Shown: in pieces, positions 39,095 to 50,973 of the stretch
Numbering within the stretch: the stretch's first letter is position 1
How the letters are laid out: each line of letters starts with the position of its first letter
Assembly: GCA_965603825.1 (NCBI GenBank)
Contig: CBFDEM010000064.1
Span: 310,001 to 374,000, forward strand
Source: Blepharisma stoltei ATCC 30299
Taxonomy: Eukaryota > Protista > Ciliophora
DNA length: 64,000 nucleotides
Direction of reading: 5' to 3'
Program-made: the position numbers and the translations under genes
Notes under the pieces: generated by a model
Told to the model about the DNA's origin: nothing
The model's input: the letters and a program-made list of their open reading frames with translations, nothing else
Databases searched by the model: none

Positions 39095-40909
39095 ATGAAT
39101 AAGTATTCTCATAATGAACATACCAGCAGTTTCTGGCTTCAGCAGAACCTAGATTGTTACGCTGCCTTTATCACCGATAAAGAAATCGCTAAAGTACTTC
39201 CAGTTATGAGGAGGACTTTCTCAACGGTAAAGTTTGACACTACATTGACTGATAAAAGAGGCGATGAAGTAAGCAGTCTTTCACAGATAGAAAACAGAAG
39301 GGTCAAGAAGAAAAGCGAAAGCATTGGAAGAATGGGCTCACGAAGTAGCAGAGATATAAGAAGTATGGCTTCAACAGCGCTGGAGTTCAATAAAATTATA
39401 AAAGAGTTAGATAAAGTTATAAGCAATGAAAACTATGGGCAGAAAAGAGTGATACTTGAAGAAGGGCCTGCTGTTATTATTCATTTAGAAGAAGGAGAGT
39501 CACAGTTGTTTACAATTGTCACTGCCAAAAAGCCGATACCGCTAAAAGTTAAACTTGAAAGGAAAATAGGCAGGAAAGCATTGACGACATATATGTCAAG
39601 AAGGGTGATTGTGCCGAATTTAGATCAGCATGAAACTATTTATAATAGGGATGAGTTTGATATTGGAGATATTGGCTTACGAGAACAGAGTTTTCTGACT
39701 CAGAAAATTTATTTAAATGTTATTGCAAGTGAAAAGTGCAGCTTTGCGATTGGAATTAATTTTGGAAGAATAATCTCAAAGGATGCTTCTGAAATTTTTC
39801 AATTTAGAAAAAAACAAAAAGGGACTGAGGAAGAATTGCTTGATCAAAGCATCAAAAAGGAGCCTGTTAATCTAGAAGAAGACTCCCTAGACCAAAAATA
39901 CAAAAAAGAAGAAGAAATCTCCCATTCAACGGATTTTATCAAAAGAAACGTGAAAAGAGCTAGATCCTGCATAAAGCTTCAGGACTATTTATCAGAAAAA
40001 AGAGACTCTTCAGAGCTAAGAAGACAAAATGTCATCACAAAGCATAAAGAAATATTAACTGAGCATAGACTTAAAGGAGAAATTAAAATAAGAAAAAGCG
40101 AAATAAAAAAAACACTTTATACGCAGGCAGAAAAAGTATATAAACTTTACAATGCCAAATGCGAATTTGAAAAAAAGTGGTTCAGTTTTATGTATTTTTG
40201 CAAATCTGTTATAAGTTTGAAGGAAAATTTGGAAAAACGGAAAATGATTGCAAAAAAGAATTTACAGTCATTATTTGGTGCAATGGTTTTTCAGAATGCA
40301 TGGAAAAAGTATATAAAAAAAGTATCATTTAAAGAGCTTAATATGGCAAGAGCAAGGGATTTACTGAAATTTTACCGGTTCCATGCAAAAAAGGTGATTG
40401 TCTCTAAAGCAAAGCATCAGCTGCTGATGGCAGTCAGCCACAGTAAAAATCATTTTAAAATTCCAACTTTTTTTTCTAGCTACACCACCAAAGTTTTGTT
40501 GATACAAAGCACGTGAAAGGCTTACCAAAAAGCAAAAGAGTACAGATTTAAGCAGGTGAATCAGCTTTGAAACCATACAGTTGATGATATTGTAAATAAA
40601 ACTATGAATCGGAAACGGAAATCCAAAAGATATAAAACAATTGTCAGCAAAATTGTAAATATCCCATATGAGCACAAAAAATCTACGATTTCCACTTACC
40701 TTCAAGACTGCATGATAAATTATTTAAAAGCTGGGAGAGAGCCGCCTAGCGAAGAGACTCTTGCTGTTTCTGAAAGCACCCCAGAGTTCCGGACAAGGTC
40801 TTCTTCAAGATATGGGACTTTCGTAAATCTTAATTATATCCCAAACCAAGAAACAGTGATTGATATGATAAAAACAGCTGCTGATATAGAAAGCCCATTG
40901 AAAATCTAA
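39095..40909 (+). CDS. Basic protein with IQ-like motifs (604 aa)
   Basis: ORFs 39095-40516 and 40604-40909 are in frame through two TGA codons. FQNAWKKY and IQST(W)KAY resemble IQ motifs. Confidence 0.7.
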
Positions 40910-40964
40910 TTATGCTTTATTTATAAAGAGATTAAAATGTTAATATAAGCCTTACGCTTAATAA

Positions 40965-42509
40965 TTATTGTCTTATACGATTTTGAATTACATGAGCTGC
41001 TTCAATAACCGTCTTTTCTACTTGTTCTACAGGAGGTCTGTTTAATTGGATTCTATTGTTGATCACCAATAGTGGGTTAGGAGCAGCCATCACATCTTCA
41101 TTAACAGAGACACCATCAAGGTATTGTTTCAATAAACTCTTGAAGAACAAGTTATCTTTTTCCAGCTGTTTTTTCTGCTTGTCAATTGCCAATTTATCAA
41201 GCAGTACCTTATTAAATCTTTTATAAAAATTTTCCAATGCTACAAATTCATCATATGCATACTCAGGGTTCAAAAATTGTAAAATTTCTCTATTGTTTTC
41301 TTCCATTGCCGTTCTTAATTCTTGATCAATCGGAGCATTTCTATCATTATTCAGCATATCCTGGGCATTTTCTACAGCTTCAGGGTCAGATGTGAAAAAT
41401 GGGACAACTTTTTCTTTTTCAGTTTCCAGTTTTCTGCATAGCTCAGCAAGTTTGAGTATTTTTTCGCCAAGGTTGACTTGATCTGTCAGCTTGCTAGAAG
41501 TGTCTCTAGAGTTGTTTATAAGCTGGGTAAGCCTTTTGACCTCTTCTTCTCTGAATTGGACCATTTTTCTCTTAAGTTCATGATAATGCTGCGTAACAGT
41601 GTCGAGCTCGTTTTTCAAAGCTTGGTTTCTTGCTTCGCACTCTTTTTCAGTTTTGCTGGCTTCTGATTTTAATTTTTCTATAGCGTCCTTATATGCCTCA
41701 ACCCTTCTATGCAGTCTTTCAATCTTTTTCTGGTCTTCTTTATTTTGGTTCATCAGCTTAAAAAAGTTGGTATTAAAATCCTTGCTCCCCTGCTGATAAT
41801 TCGTAAAATTCATATCTAGCTCCCTCTTCAAGTCATTTGTCTTGCTTTCCAGAATTCTCTGCAAAATCGACGTCTCCTCGTTTCTTTTGCTTCCCTCAAG
41901 ATTTGTCTCGTGTCTTGACTTTATCTGATCCTGCTTCCTTTTTTCTTCTTCCTGTACCGCATTTATTACATCCTGCAGCTCCTTTTTTTCCTGTTTATGA
42001 TTTTCCACGATTTCTTTTCTTTCCAGCATAAATTCATCCTCCAAAATTTTCAAATCACGCTTGAATTCTTCTTCTAGCCCTTGGAGTCTGGAATCTTGTA
42101 AGGCTAATAAGCGGTCGACATGGATCATAAAATTCCTGAGGGCAGTCTGGTATTGTTCTTCAGCTTCTTCTAGGTCACGGTCTAGCATTTGCATGACAGC
42201 GTCTTTGGAATCGACCTCACGCTCGTGATTTTGAGAATAAATTTCAATTTCACGCTTGAGCTCGTCTGTTTTGGCCATTCTCATGATTTTGCGCCACTCT
42301 GTGACGATTTTCTTTTTATTGAAATTTGTGATCTTTTGTTCTTCTTGGATGGTGTTGCGCAGGTGCTCACGCTTTTTCTTGTGAAATTCTTCTTCGTTTT
42401 TGAGGTCTTCCGCTTGGATTTGCATGTGGACTTGGCGGATGCGGACGCCGCGAAGATCTTTTGGAGCTCGGGTGGAGCGACCTTTTAACAGTTTCCCTAA
42501 TAAAACCAT
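40965..42509 (-). CDS. DRC2: Dynein regulatory complex subunit 2 (CCDC65)
   Basis: WRKIMRMAKTDELKREIEIYSQNHEREVDSKDA..LDRDLEEAEEQYQ, ILKLAELCRKLETEKEKVVPF, ENFYKRFNKVLLDKLA, LKQYLDGVSV..NPLLVIN. Confidence 0.9.
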   Translation of the reverse strand: MVLLGKLLKGRSTRAPKDLRGVRIRQVHMQIQAEDLKNEEEFHKKKREHLRNTIQEEQKITNFNKKKIVTEWRKIMRMAKTDELKREIEIYSQNHEREVDSKDAVMQMLDRDLEEAEEQYQTALRNFMIHVDRLLALQDSRLQGLEEEFKRDLKILEDEFMLERKEIVENHKQEKKELQDVINAVQEEEKRKQDQIKSRHETNLEGSKRNEETSILQRILESKTNDLKRELDMNFTNYQQGSKDFNTNFFKLMNQNKEDQKKIERLHRRVEAYKDAIEKLKSEASKTEKECEARNQALKNELDTVTQHYHELKRKMVQFREEEVKRLTQLINNSRDTSSKLTDQVNLGEKILKLAELCRKLETEKEKVVPFFTSDPEAVENAQDMLNNDRNAPIDQELRTAMEENNREILQFLNPEYAYDEFVALENFYKRFNKVLLDKLAIDKQKKQLEKDNLFFKSLLKQYLDGVSVNEDVMAAPNPLLVINNRIQLNRPPVEQVEKTVIEAAHVIQNRIRQ

Positions 42510-43101
42510 TTATAAGAGGAAGATGAGGAATACTTGGAAAAAAAGGAAGAGGTTGAGGAGCAGATGATATTAAAAATATATATAATAGTTTGGGAATATT
42601 GGAAGAGGAAAAAGATCTTTGATTTTATATTTGGAGGTGATGTTGGAATTGATTAAATTCTACTTCTTAAATGATATAGAAAACTTAATTGTGCTTTATA
42701 TTTTCATATATATTTTTAAAATTTGAATTTTTTGATTTATTAAATTGTCAAAGATAATAAAATTTTCATTTTAAATTACTTAGTCCCAATTTCTTCTGGT
42801 ATGAGATTTATTTGTTTATCAAATAGTAAATTTGAATCAATGCTGAAAAAATGCATCTAATTTAAATAGGCTGATCTTCCTGATAATTATAATATTATTT
42901 TTCAACAATTCAGAAGAAAATGTAATGCCACTTAAAATAAATCTAATAAAGAAGATAAACAAATTTTTATACCAATCTTTCCCTCTTCACCTAGACTAAA
43001 TACTCCTCAGTTTCGGCAAGTGCCACAAATGCGTTACAATTTATATCACAAATATTTTTTTACTTTAAAAATTCTAAGTCTTATCTAAAATTAGCATTTA
43101 T

Positions 43102-43674
43102 TTAATAATAATCTTCATCCTCCTCTTCAGGAATTTCTGAATTCTTTTGTGAAAATCTTGAAGAGTTGTAATTAGTGAAAAATGAATACTGATAAACCAA
43201 ATGGGGAATTGAAGGCTTAAAAGCTTGTCTTTTTACCTTCAACAACTCATCCAGCATTGGAGCATTTTCATCAACAGAGCTCACAATGATCTTTCCCCCG
43301 TCTTTAAGTAGGAATTTCACTGCTCTAGAATACTTCTCCCATACTTCACGTGTAATAAAGGGAGGATCGACTACTACAACGTCAAAGGATTTTTCAAGGG
43401 CTGGGTCAAGCTCCTCGCTATGATTAAAATCATAGAAAACAAACCCTTTGTCTCTTTGAAACGACCGGTCGATTTCAAAAAGACGCGAGTTTTCCTTAGA
43501 CTTTTCAGTCAGTGAAAAGTACAGTGAAGGTGTCGACAGGCAGGCGATTTTTGTAAAACCTTGTAAATGTAGGTCTTCAGTCTCGTCTACAAGGGCGTTG
43601 ATGGTCCTGGATGAGTACCAGAACTGATTGAACTCTTCTTTCTCTCTGTGTTGCTGAAGAAAGGTGTTTTCCAT
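43102..43674 (-). CDS. EEF1AKMT1: EEF1A lysine methyltransferase 1-like (N6AMT2/Efm5 family)
   Basis: EEFNQFWYS, IACLSTPSLY, LFEIDRSF, FYDFN and VVVDPPF motifs. Confidence 0.8.
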   Translation of the reverse strand: MENTFLQQHREKEEFNQFWYSSRTINALVDETEDLHLQGFTKIACLSTPSLYFSLTEKSKENSRLFEIDRSFQRDKGFVFYDFNHSEELDPALEKSFDVVVVDPPFITREVWEKYSRAVKFLLKDGGKIIVSSVDENAPMLDELLKVKRQAFKPSIPHLVYQYSFFTNYNSSRFSQKNSEIPEEEDEDYY

Positions 43675-46653
43675 GTTATTCTATTTATTATTAGTATTGG
43701 AAATTTTAATGTTATTATGTCCAGCTAATCGGTTACAAAATTCAGAAGTTAGGCAGATAGGAAGGATTTGAGGTCGTGATGGGTTATTTCAGGTGTCCTG
43801 GGAGTTCTGAGCATATAATTAATATTATAAGACTAATATTTCTTTGATTCGGTAGAGTGAGATTTTATAAATTTATCTATAAGAGGAGGTTCTTCCATTA
43901 TAGCGATTTTACAATGATTGCTGTATATAATAGAAGTGTCCAGAGCTGTATTAAGACTGTATATCTGGGATAGTTTATAATTTCTTTCTTTTTGATTAAG
44001 AATATAGTCATATGTAGTTACTCCTAGGCATCTGAGATAAAGATGAAAAATTAAAAAATGAGCTAAAAAAATGCTTGCAATAAACCTTAGCAGGGATGTG
44101 GCTAAAACTAAAAAAATTAAGATGAATTTTCCTAATTCATATAAACTGTGCCAATCTGTAATTATTTCCGAGGAGTCTTGATTCTGAAAAACGTCAATAA
44201 AAATGTAAACAGCAGCTCATGTTTGAATAAATAATACTGCCTTAAAGGAAAGAAATACCAAAAAAATCATTTATATACCTCAAAATATAAATACTTAACT
44301 GTATTTAATACATCTAGTTTGGATGCCAATTAGCAGGAGGGTAAGTATTCTGAGTTTCTCACTGTTTGCTGCCTAGAACAAAATGGATTTAAATCCCCAT
44401 ATTTTAAAGTTATCCTCCTAATGCTGATAATTGGCAAATAAGTTTTATCGTTTACTCTACAACTTTAATTGCAACCTACACATAGGTTCAGAGAAAATCA
44501 GTTTTATATGTCATTAAGCATCATAGATCTTAAAATTTCCTGCTAGCTATGGATTGAAGTCATAAGAATTCTAAGAGCTGCTCATATGATGACTCAAAAT
44601 AGACCTAATATGCATTGATTATAAAAAAAGTTCAAGCTTTTAGTGATATTTAAAAGTAAATAAATCTCTTCAATTCAAGCATCAATTTTCACTCTTAATA
44701 ATATTTTGCACTCTAAAAGCTTCTGTGCAAACCTATTATTTGAATAAATAATTTATATTTTCTAATTGTTAGCAGATTATAATTGAAGATTATTTTTTGC
44801 CATTATAATAGATAAAATGAGCTTCTAGAGTATTTTTTAAAACCTTAGTATTCAAAATATTTTCATGAAGGCAGAAACTGCATCTAATTCAAATATAGAT
44901 CTCAAAAAGTATGACGATTACGAATTTAAACGCTTTGCAGCTGTTATGGAGATTAATAAATACAAAAAGTAGTTTAAGCGATTCTGATGTGCAAACAATC
45001 GCAGAAGACATCTTGCGAAAGAATCTAGAGAAATTTATTTTGGATCTAATATGCTTAATGAAGAATTCAGGAAAATAAATAAGGTCTGCTATTGCAAGAT
45101 AGCAGAGTCAGAGAAATATTTTTTAATGTATTTGTGAAACTCGGGGGGCTATTCATGATTAAAGGGTTGTGTGAAATAGAAATCTAATATAAAGCTGGCT
45201 AATTCACAAGCTAACTTGTTAAGTCTTTCGGTTATAAAACAGCATTATGGAAGCCCAATTAAAAATAATTTCTAATTTCTTATCAAGCTTTGAGGTTTCA
45301 TATATTAATTTGTTTTTATTATAGAATTTGCAATTTCAAAAGCTGCACTTGTAATTATGATTCTATCCAAACTATTTACCCTATCAATATATTAAATTGA
45401 CTCTGTATTATGCAATAAGATTTCCAAGAATGCTTTTACATGCCCTTTAATAGCTTGACTTATTAAGAATTTCTTGAGATTAATCATTTATTGCCAGTTC
45501 AGTACGAATTAAGTATTAAATAATTGAATCCATAGTAATTTTTATTTTTAAACAAAAAATGACCTGCAGGATACAATGTTTCCAAATCATCTAAATGTGC
45601 ATAGATATCTTGGCGATGCTAAAATTATTAGAATCTATATCGTCCCTTGCAATTTATAGATCTTTCGGCATGTTTTGGAGCAATCCTATGTATGAAGCAT
45701 CTCTTTTATTTGTATATGCTTAGCTACTGCATTAAGTGAGCAATATCCTTTTTTAGTTTTATATAAGAAGATCCATACTGGCATCGTTGGACACCAAATA
45801 TTCCCAGTTAAGAGGATTGACTATAAAACCTCATTACCAGAATTGCACTTAATTTGAAAATATCTGCTCTTTATTAAGCATTAATGCTTGCTTTAACTAT
45901 GCCTGATTATCTTCATTTAGCTTATTTCATAGCACAAATAGGCATTATCAATAAAAAAGCCTTGAGCTTGATTTATCATATCTGCAAATTCAATCTAGAT
46001 TTGGATCTATATAAATTATTTAGTGATAATTTGTGATATATTTTATTTTGTAGGGCTACTCAATTATATCTAAATTCATTTTTATAATTCCTATATCAAT
46101 AAAAAACCTTAGTGAATATTCAATACCTTCTCTAATTTTTGCTGTATTTAATAACTATCCTTATTTCTAAGTCTATTTAGTACAAAAACGAGAATAAATC
46201 ATCCTTGCAATTAAAAAGCTGATTAACTCCCCAGATTGGCTCTTTAATTCGAGTTTATAACAGATATTGCATTTGAAATGCGCTGAGCTGACTCAAAAAT
46301 TTGAGTTGGATAACTCGGGAGTTTCCAAGCCATTTCATAGCCCAGGATAGGCTATTCTCGTTTACAGGGGCTATACGTTAAAAGCACAAAGCACAATTTC
46401 AGACTAAGAATGTTCAAAAATCTTCGAATTTTATTATTTCCCCTTTTTTCTATCCCTTCTAGCATCCTATTCAGGACTCTCCCTACTTCTATTTCCATCA
46501 ATCTTAAAAATTTCATTTCCTTCTCATCCTCAATAATTTTCCCCAAAATCCTCCTATCTTTCTAGTTCTCCAATATTTCCCTATCCATTTCTCATTTCCC
46601 TTCAAAGTCTCTTAATCTTCAATTTCTTCTTTACTTGGTGAACATATTATAAA

Positions 46654-47982
46654 ATGTGGGTTTATCTGTTTCTTCTTGGACTCGCCTTTGGAGCACCTTT
46701 TCAAGATCTCGTTATAAATCAGCCTCAGCTTCCAGATGTGCCAAATTTTGACACCTATTCCGGCTACCTCGATATACCAAACTCAGGTGGGAAATCCCTT
46801 CACTATATCCTTGTTACAAGCCAAAGCAACCCAGCAACAGATCCTTTGATCCTCTGGCTAAATGGGGGTCCAGGGTGTTCTTCATTAGATGGCTTCTTTT
46901 ATGAGCATGGACCTTATCTCTTTCCTGAAGATGGGACTGAATTGGTAAGGAATCAATATGCTTGGAATACTAATGCCTCGGTGCTTTATATTGAAGCTCC
47001 AGCTGGAGTTGGGTTTTCTATCTTAGGAAATGAGGCTAATAACTCAACTGATGATGAGCTTACAGCGCATGACAACTTGTTAGCAGTTCTCCAGTTTTTC
47101 AGGAAGTTTCCAGAGTATCGTAATCATGATTTTTACATTACAGGGGAAAGCTATGCTGGAATTTATGTCCCAACTCTAGTAAACAATATTCTTATGTATA
47201 ACTCTTATACTCCTTATAACCGCATCAACATTGTTGGTTTTGCTGTCGGTAATGGCGTCACAGACTGGAACTATGACACTACCCCTGCCTTTATGAGAAT
47301 GGCTTGGTACTACGGTCTCATTGGCTTCAACATGTACAACAAACTCGTCCAAGACTGCAACAACCTCAATGACTGGAATTCTGAAAACTGCCAAAACGAT
47401 ACTGAATATATCTATGATAGTGTCCTGCCGAATATCAACATCTACGATATATACGGCCAATGCATTTATCATGAAAACGCTCTAGAAGATACCAAGCTCA
47501 GGTTTAAATATTTATACGACATGAATCCTAACCTTGGGATCATCCCTCCTTGTGTAGGATGGGTCGGCGCTTACACCTACCTTCGTAATGACACTGTAAG
47601 GGCTGCATTCAACATCCCAACTTCTGTACAAGAATGGAAACTGTGCTCTAGCTTAAATTATCTCAGCGACTACATCCATGGCTCTTATTATCTGTACCCA
47701 AGTCTTATAAGAGCTGGGCTTAAAATTTTAATTTATTCAGGAGATGTAGACGGAGCTGTCCCTCTGATAGGAACCAGGATGTGGCTCCAGAACTTAAACT
47801 TGCAGATGATTACACCTTACTCGTCGTGGTACGTTGATGAACAAGTCGCTGGGTTCCAAATTGAGTATCAAGGGCTTAAATTGGTGACTGTCAAAGGTGC
47901 AGGACATATGGTTCCTCAATGGAAGCCAGCCCAAGCTTGGCATATGCTTTATGATTTCATTAATGGAAGCCAGATTATATAA
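46654..47982 (+). CDS. Serine carboxypeptidase, family S10 (cathepsin A-like), secreted/lysosomal
   Basis: Signal peptide; WLNGGPGCSS, ITGESYAG (catalytic Ser), YSGDVD, TVKGAGHMVP. Confidence 0.95.
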   Translation: MWVYLFLLGLAFGAPFQDLVINQPQLPDVPNFDTYSGYLDIPNSGGKSLHYILVTSQSNPATDPLILWLNGGPGCSSLDGFFYEHGPYLFPEDGTELVRNQYAWNTNASVLYIEAPAGVGFSILGNEANNSTDDELTAHDNLLAVLQFFRKFPEYRNHDFYITGESYAGIYVPTLVNNILMYNSYTPYNRINIVGFAVGNGVTDWNYDTTPAFMRMAWYYGLIGFNMYNKLVQDCNNLNDWNSENCQNDTEYIYDSVLPNINIYDIYGQCIYHENALEDTKLRFKYLYDMNPNLGIIPPCVGWVGAYTYLRNDTVRAAFNIPTSVQEWKLCSSLNYLSDYIHGSYYLYPSLIRAGLKILIYSGDVDGAVPLIGTRMWLQNLNLQMITPYSSWYVDEQVAGFQIEYQGLKLVTVKGAGHMVPQWKPAQAWHMLYDFINGSQII

Positions 47983-48020
47983 GATTAATTGAGATGCGAA
48001 TTTTCTCAAAATGGTTAATA

Positions 48021-49739
48021 TTAATATTTCCAAGGAGTTTTATTGCTGGAAACGCTTAATCTTGATATGCTGAAAGGGGAGGAGTATCTGGTTGTGACAG
48101 CTTCTTCTGGGGTGTTGCTCCTGGATTTATTTATCTTCCGGACTGGGGAACTGGTGTTAGAGTTGTTTGGGCTGGAAGTAAAAATAGGGGTTTTTAAGGA
48201 GTATTTTTTTATCACTTCGCTGCAAGGCCTGAATCTGTTTTCATTTTCGTCAGCTAGCTTATCTTTGGACTCTTCAAGAGTGCTTAAATGAGAATTATGC
48301 TCATTTAAGTCATTTTTGGCTGCTTTTAGCTTGCTTTGGGTGCTTGATAACTGTTTTTCAAGCCATATATTTTGCTCTTCTAGTCTTTGATACTTATCAA
48401 GTAGCCTTTCATATTTTTCATTTAAAGGGTCATTTGAAAAAAGTGGGCTATCTTTAGCTGAAATTAATGGCTGGTCAGTTTCTCTGACTAAGTTTTTAAT
48501 AAGCCCAGAAAGACTGTCTGTAGAGATTGAAGGCCTATATCGCTCTGTTTTTCTTTTTTCGTTTTCATAGTCAGAAACTTTAATTTCCAGCTTCAGCAAA
48601 GCTTCATCTTTTTGCTTTATTATTGATTGAAACCTTTTTATATCATTGTAAGCTTTTTTAAGCTCAGCTTCAAGCTCGGTGTTTTTCTTTTGCAGCTTTA
48701 TTGAGTCATCAATAGAAAAAGAAAGCTCTGAGGCACTTCTGATGCTTTTTCTCTGGCTTTCCACAAATTTTGTGCAGTCAATTTCTAAGTCATTTACTTT
48801 AATACTCAACTCTTGGTTCATTTTTGCTAAAATTTCTCTTTCATCTGTCAGCACTTTATTTTGGACTTTTAGCCTATTGATTTGTTCTTTAAAAATTGCT
48901 GCACTTCTTTGCTCACTTGCAAGCTGCTGCTGTTGGTCTTCAATTCTAATAAAAGCTTCTTTTAGCTTATCCTGAGTGCTTTTTAGCTCAATTTTGGTAA
49001 AGCTCAGCTCATCCTCTAGCTCTTTATTTTTTACCCTTGATTTTTCTTCACCCTTAGTCCTATTTACTAAATTGGTCCATTTTTCAGTGATTTTTTTTCT
49101 TTCACTTTCCAAAATTTTGTTTTTTTCTTCAAGCTCTTTTTTCTCATCAAGAACAGTTTCTAGTTTTCTTTGTAAAAGTATAAATCTTTTATTCGAAGAT
49201 TTAACTTGTTCGTTTTTCTTTAAAAGCTGGTACTCGATATCTCCAAATTCGCCTTTGAGAGCGGCTTGTTGGCATTTTAAGTTGTTATCGTTAGTTTCCA
49301 GCTGGTTTTTTAATGATGAGAATTCTTCAGATAAAGACCCGAATTTAAGCTTGTAGTGTTCAGCGTCTTCTTGGGCTCTGATTCTATCTTTTTCTATTTC
49401 CCGCAGCTTTTCACGGAGCTCACTGTATTCATTGTTAGGGAAGTTTTGACAATTTGCTAATGATTTTCAATAGTCTCTTTCGTGCTGAAGCTGCTCTTGG
49501 GAATTTTCATAAGTTCGAAGAGCATCCCCAAGCTCTGATAACTCTGCTTCATATTCTTTTATGATTTTATCTTTAAGTTTAGTATCTTCTCTGGTTATTT
49601 TTAAAGAGTTTTTAACTTCTTTCTATATGAAGTTTACGAGTTCGCTCAAAATTTCTGATTCATCGTCGTGTTTGAATCTTCTTATGATTTCTTCGGCAAT
49701 TGCAAGTTTATTTTTCAGAGAATAGAGTTCACCTTTCAT
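48021..49739 (-). CDS. Long coiled-coil protein with Ser-rich tail; 15-nt intron 49623-49637; possible upstream extension to ATG 49850
   Basis: The frame of ORF 48021-49112 continues upstream through one TGA and the intron gtaaacttcatatag to ATG 49739. Confidence 0.75.
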
Positions 49740-50141
49740 TGACTTAATAATAATTTCGTATTCTTTTGAAGTTTCAGATTGATCAATATCATCTCCTTTG
49801 TAATTTTCTTACTGTGTAATTCGGGTTATATTCAAATCAAAGTCAGACATTTTTGTTATGAATTGACTAATTATTCGATTTATGATTTTTGTAACATTTT
49901 ATACACAAAATTAATTTGGCACCTGAATAAAATATGTAAATTAGAGAATAATATTAATTTTCTTATTTAAAATTATAGATATTGCCTTCTACTTCTGATA
50001 TGTGGAAAATCGAAACGAAACCAATTATGCTCATTTTATGATTTTGGTGATGCAAAAAGGGTCTGAATTCTTAAAATTTTAATCTAAAAATGAAATTATT
50101 GCAGCCTTTTTATTCTAAAAAAATATATTTATTAGTCAATA

Positions 50142-50645
50142 TTAATTGGACCCTCCAAAGCATACGTTAGTTGAACCTTCTTGCTGCTGATAAAGTTCTG
50201 ATAAAGATACTTTAAGGTTTTGTATACTTATACTGCATTTAAATCCCAGAGAAAGTTTCTCTAATATTAAAGAATTTATATACTTTGACAGCTCTTCACA
50301 GGTTGTGTTTGAGATAGGCAAGACTATGCAATTTCTCTTAGGGAATTCAAAATGAATACTTCTGAAATTTACTCTGAAGTGGCCATCTAGATCTTCAAAA
50401 GGGAACTCTTTTGAGTGCTCTGGAATCATAATTTTTTTATCAAAGCTACTGCAAATTTCTAATAGTAAAGTTCTAATGTAGTCTTTGTTTATAGGTAAAA
50501 AATTGCAAGGTCCACATCATTCCAATGATATTGATAAATGATACTCGTGGCCGTGCAACAGTTCGCAATCTGAAATATAATGAGAGCTGCTGAATGTAGC
50601 TTCTTGAAAGGAAAATGTGTTTGAATAGACTTCACCAATGATCAT
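50142..50645 (-). CDS. PTPS/QueD-fold protein, CExxHGH (PTPS-I/III-type) motif
   Basis: ATG 50645: MIIGEVYSNTFSFQEATFSSSHYISDCELLHGHEYHLSISLE(TGA)CG...FDKK...TCEELS. Paralog of 22390-22896. Confidence 0.82.
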
Positions 50646-50973
50646 TTTTTATTTCTACCATACCATTCTGACTGATATTTTAATGTTAAAAACTGTGGAA
50701 ATTATGTTATATTACTGAACTTTTTCTAATTTGAGCCGGCAATCATTTTTATTTTAAATTCTAAAAAAGAATTGATATTAGACACATTTAAGCCTATAAA
50801 CCGATTTTATTTATTTAAAAAAAGGTAAATAAATGTTTTGGATTTTTCTTATGATTTTTTTTAAATAAGCAGCAAAGATAAAATATTTAAGCAAAACTGG
50901 CATAAGAATCCTGCCTTAATTGTAAAAAACCAAGGCAAGAGTTTCCATATTTTTATATTTATTACTAAATTAT

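Noticed and set aside
43102-43674. DPPF motif suggesting a DNA N6-adenine methyltransferase
   Set aside because: The flanking motifs (QFWYS, STPS, YDFN) fit the N6AMT2/EEF1AKMT1 protein-lysine methyltransferase family.
43700-46400. Long gene-free interval with short coding-like pieces (e.g. ~44866-45050)
   Set aside because: Frames are broken by TAA/TAG that micro-introns do not rescue, and no family, terminal repeats or transposase motif was recognised.
49432-49441. Single CCCTAACA telomere-like unit on the minus strand
   Set aside because: One copy inside a CDS; no telomeric array was seen in the window.
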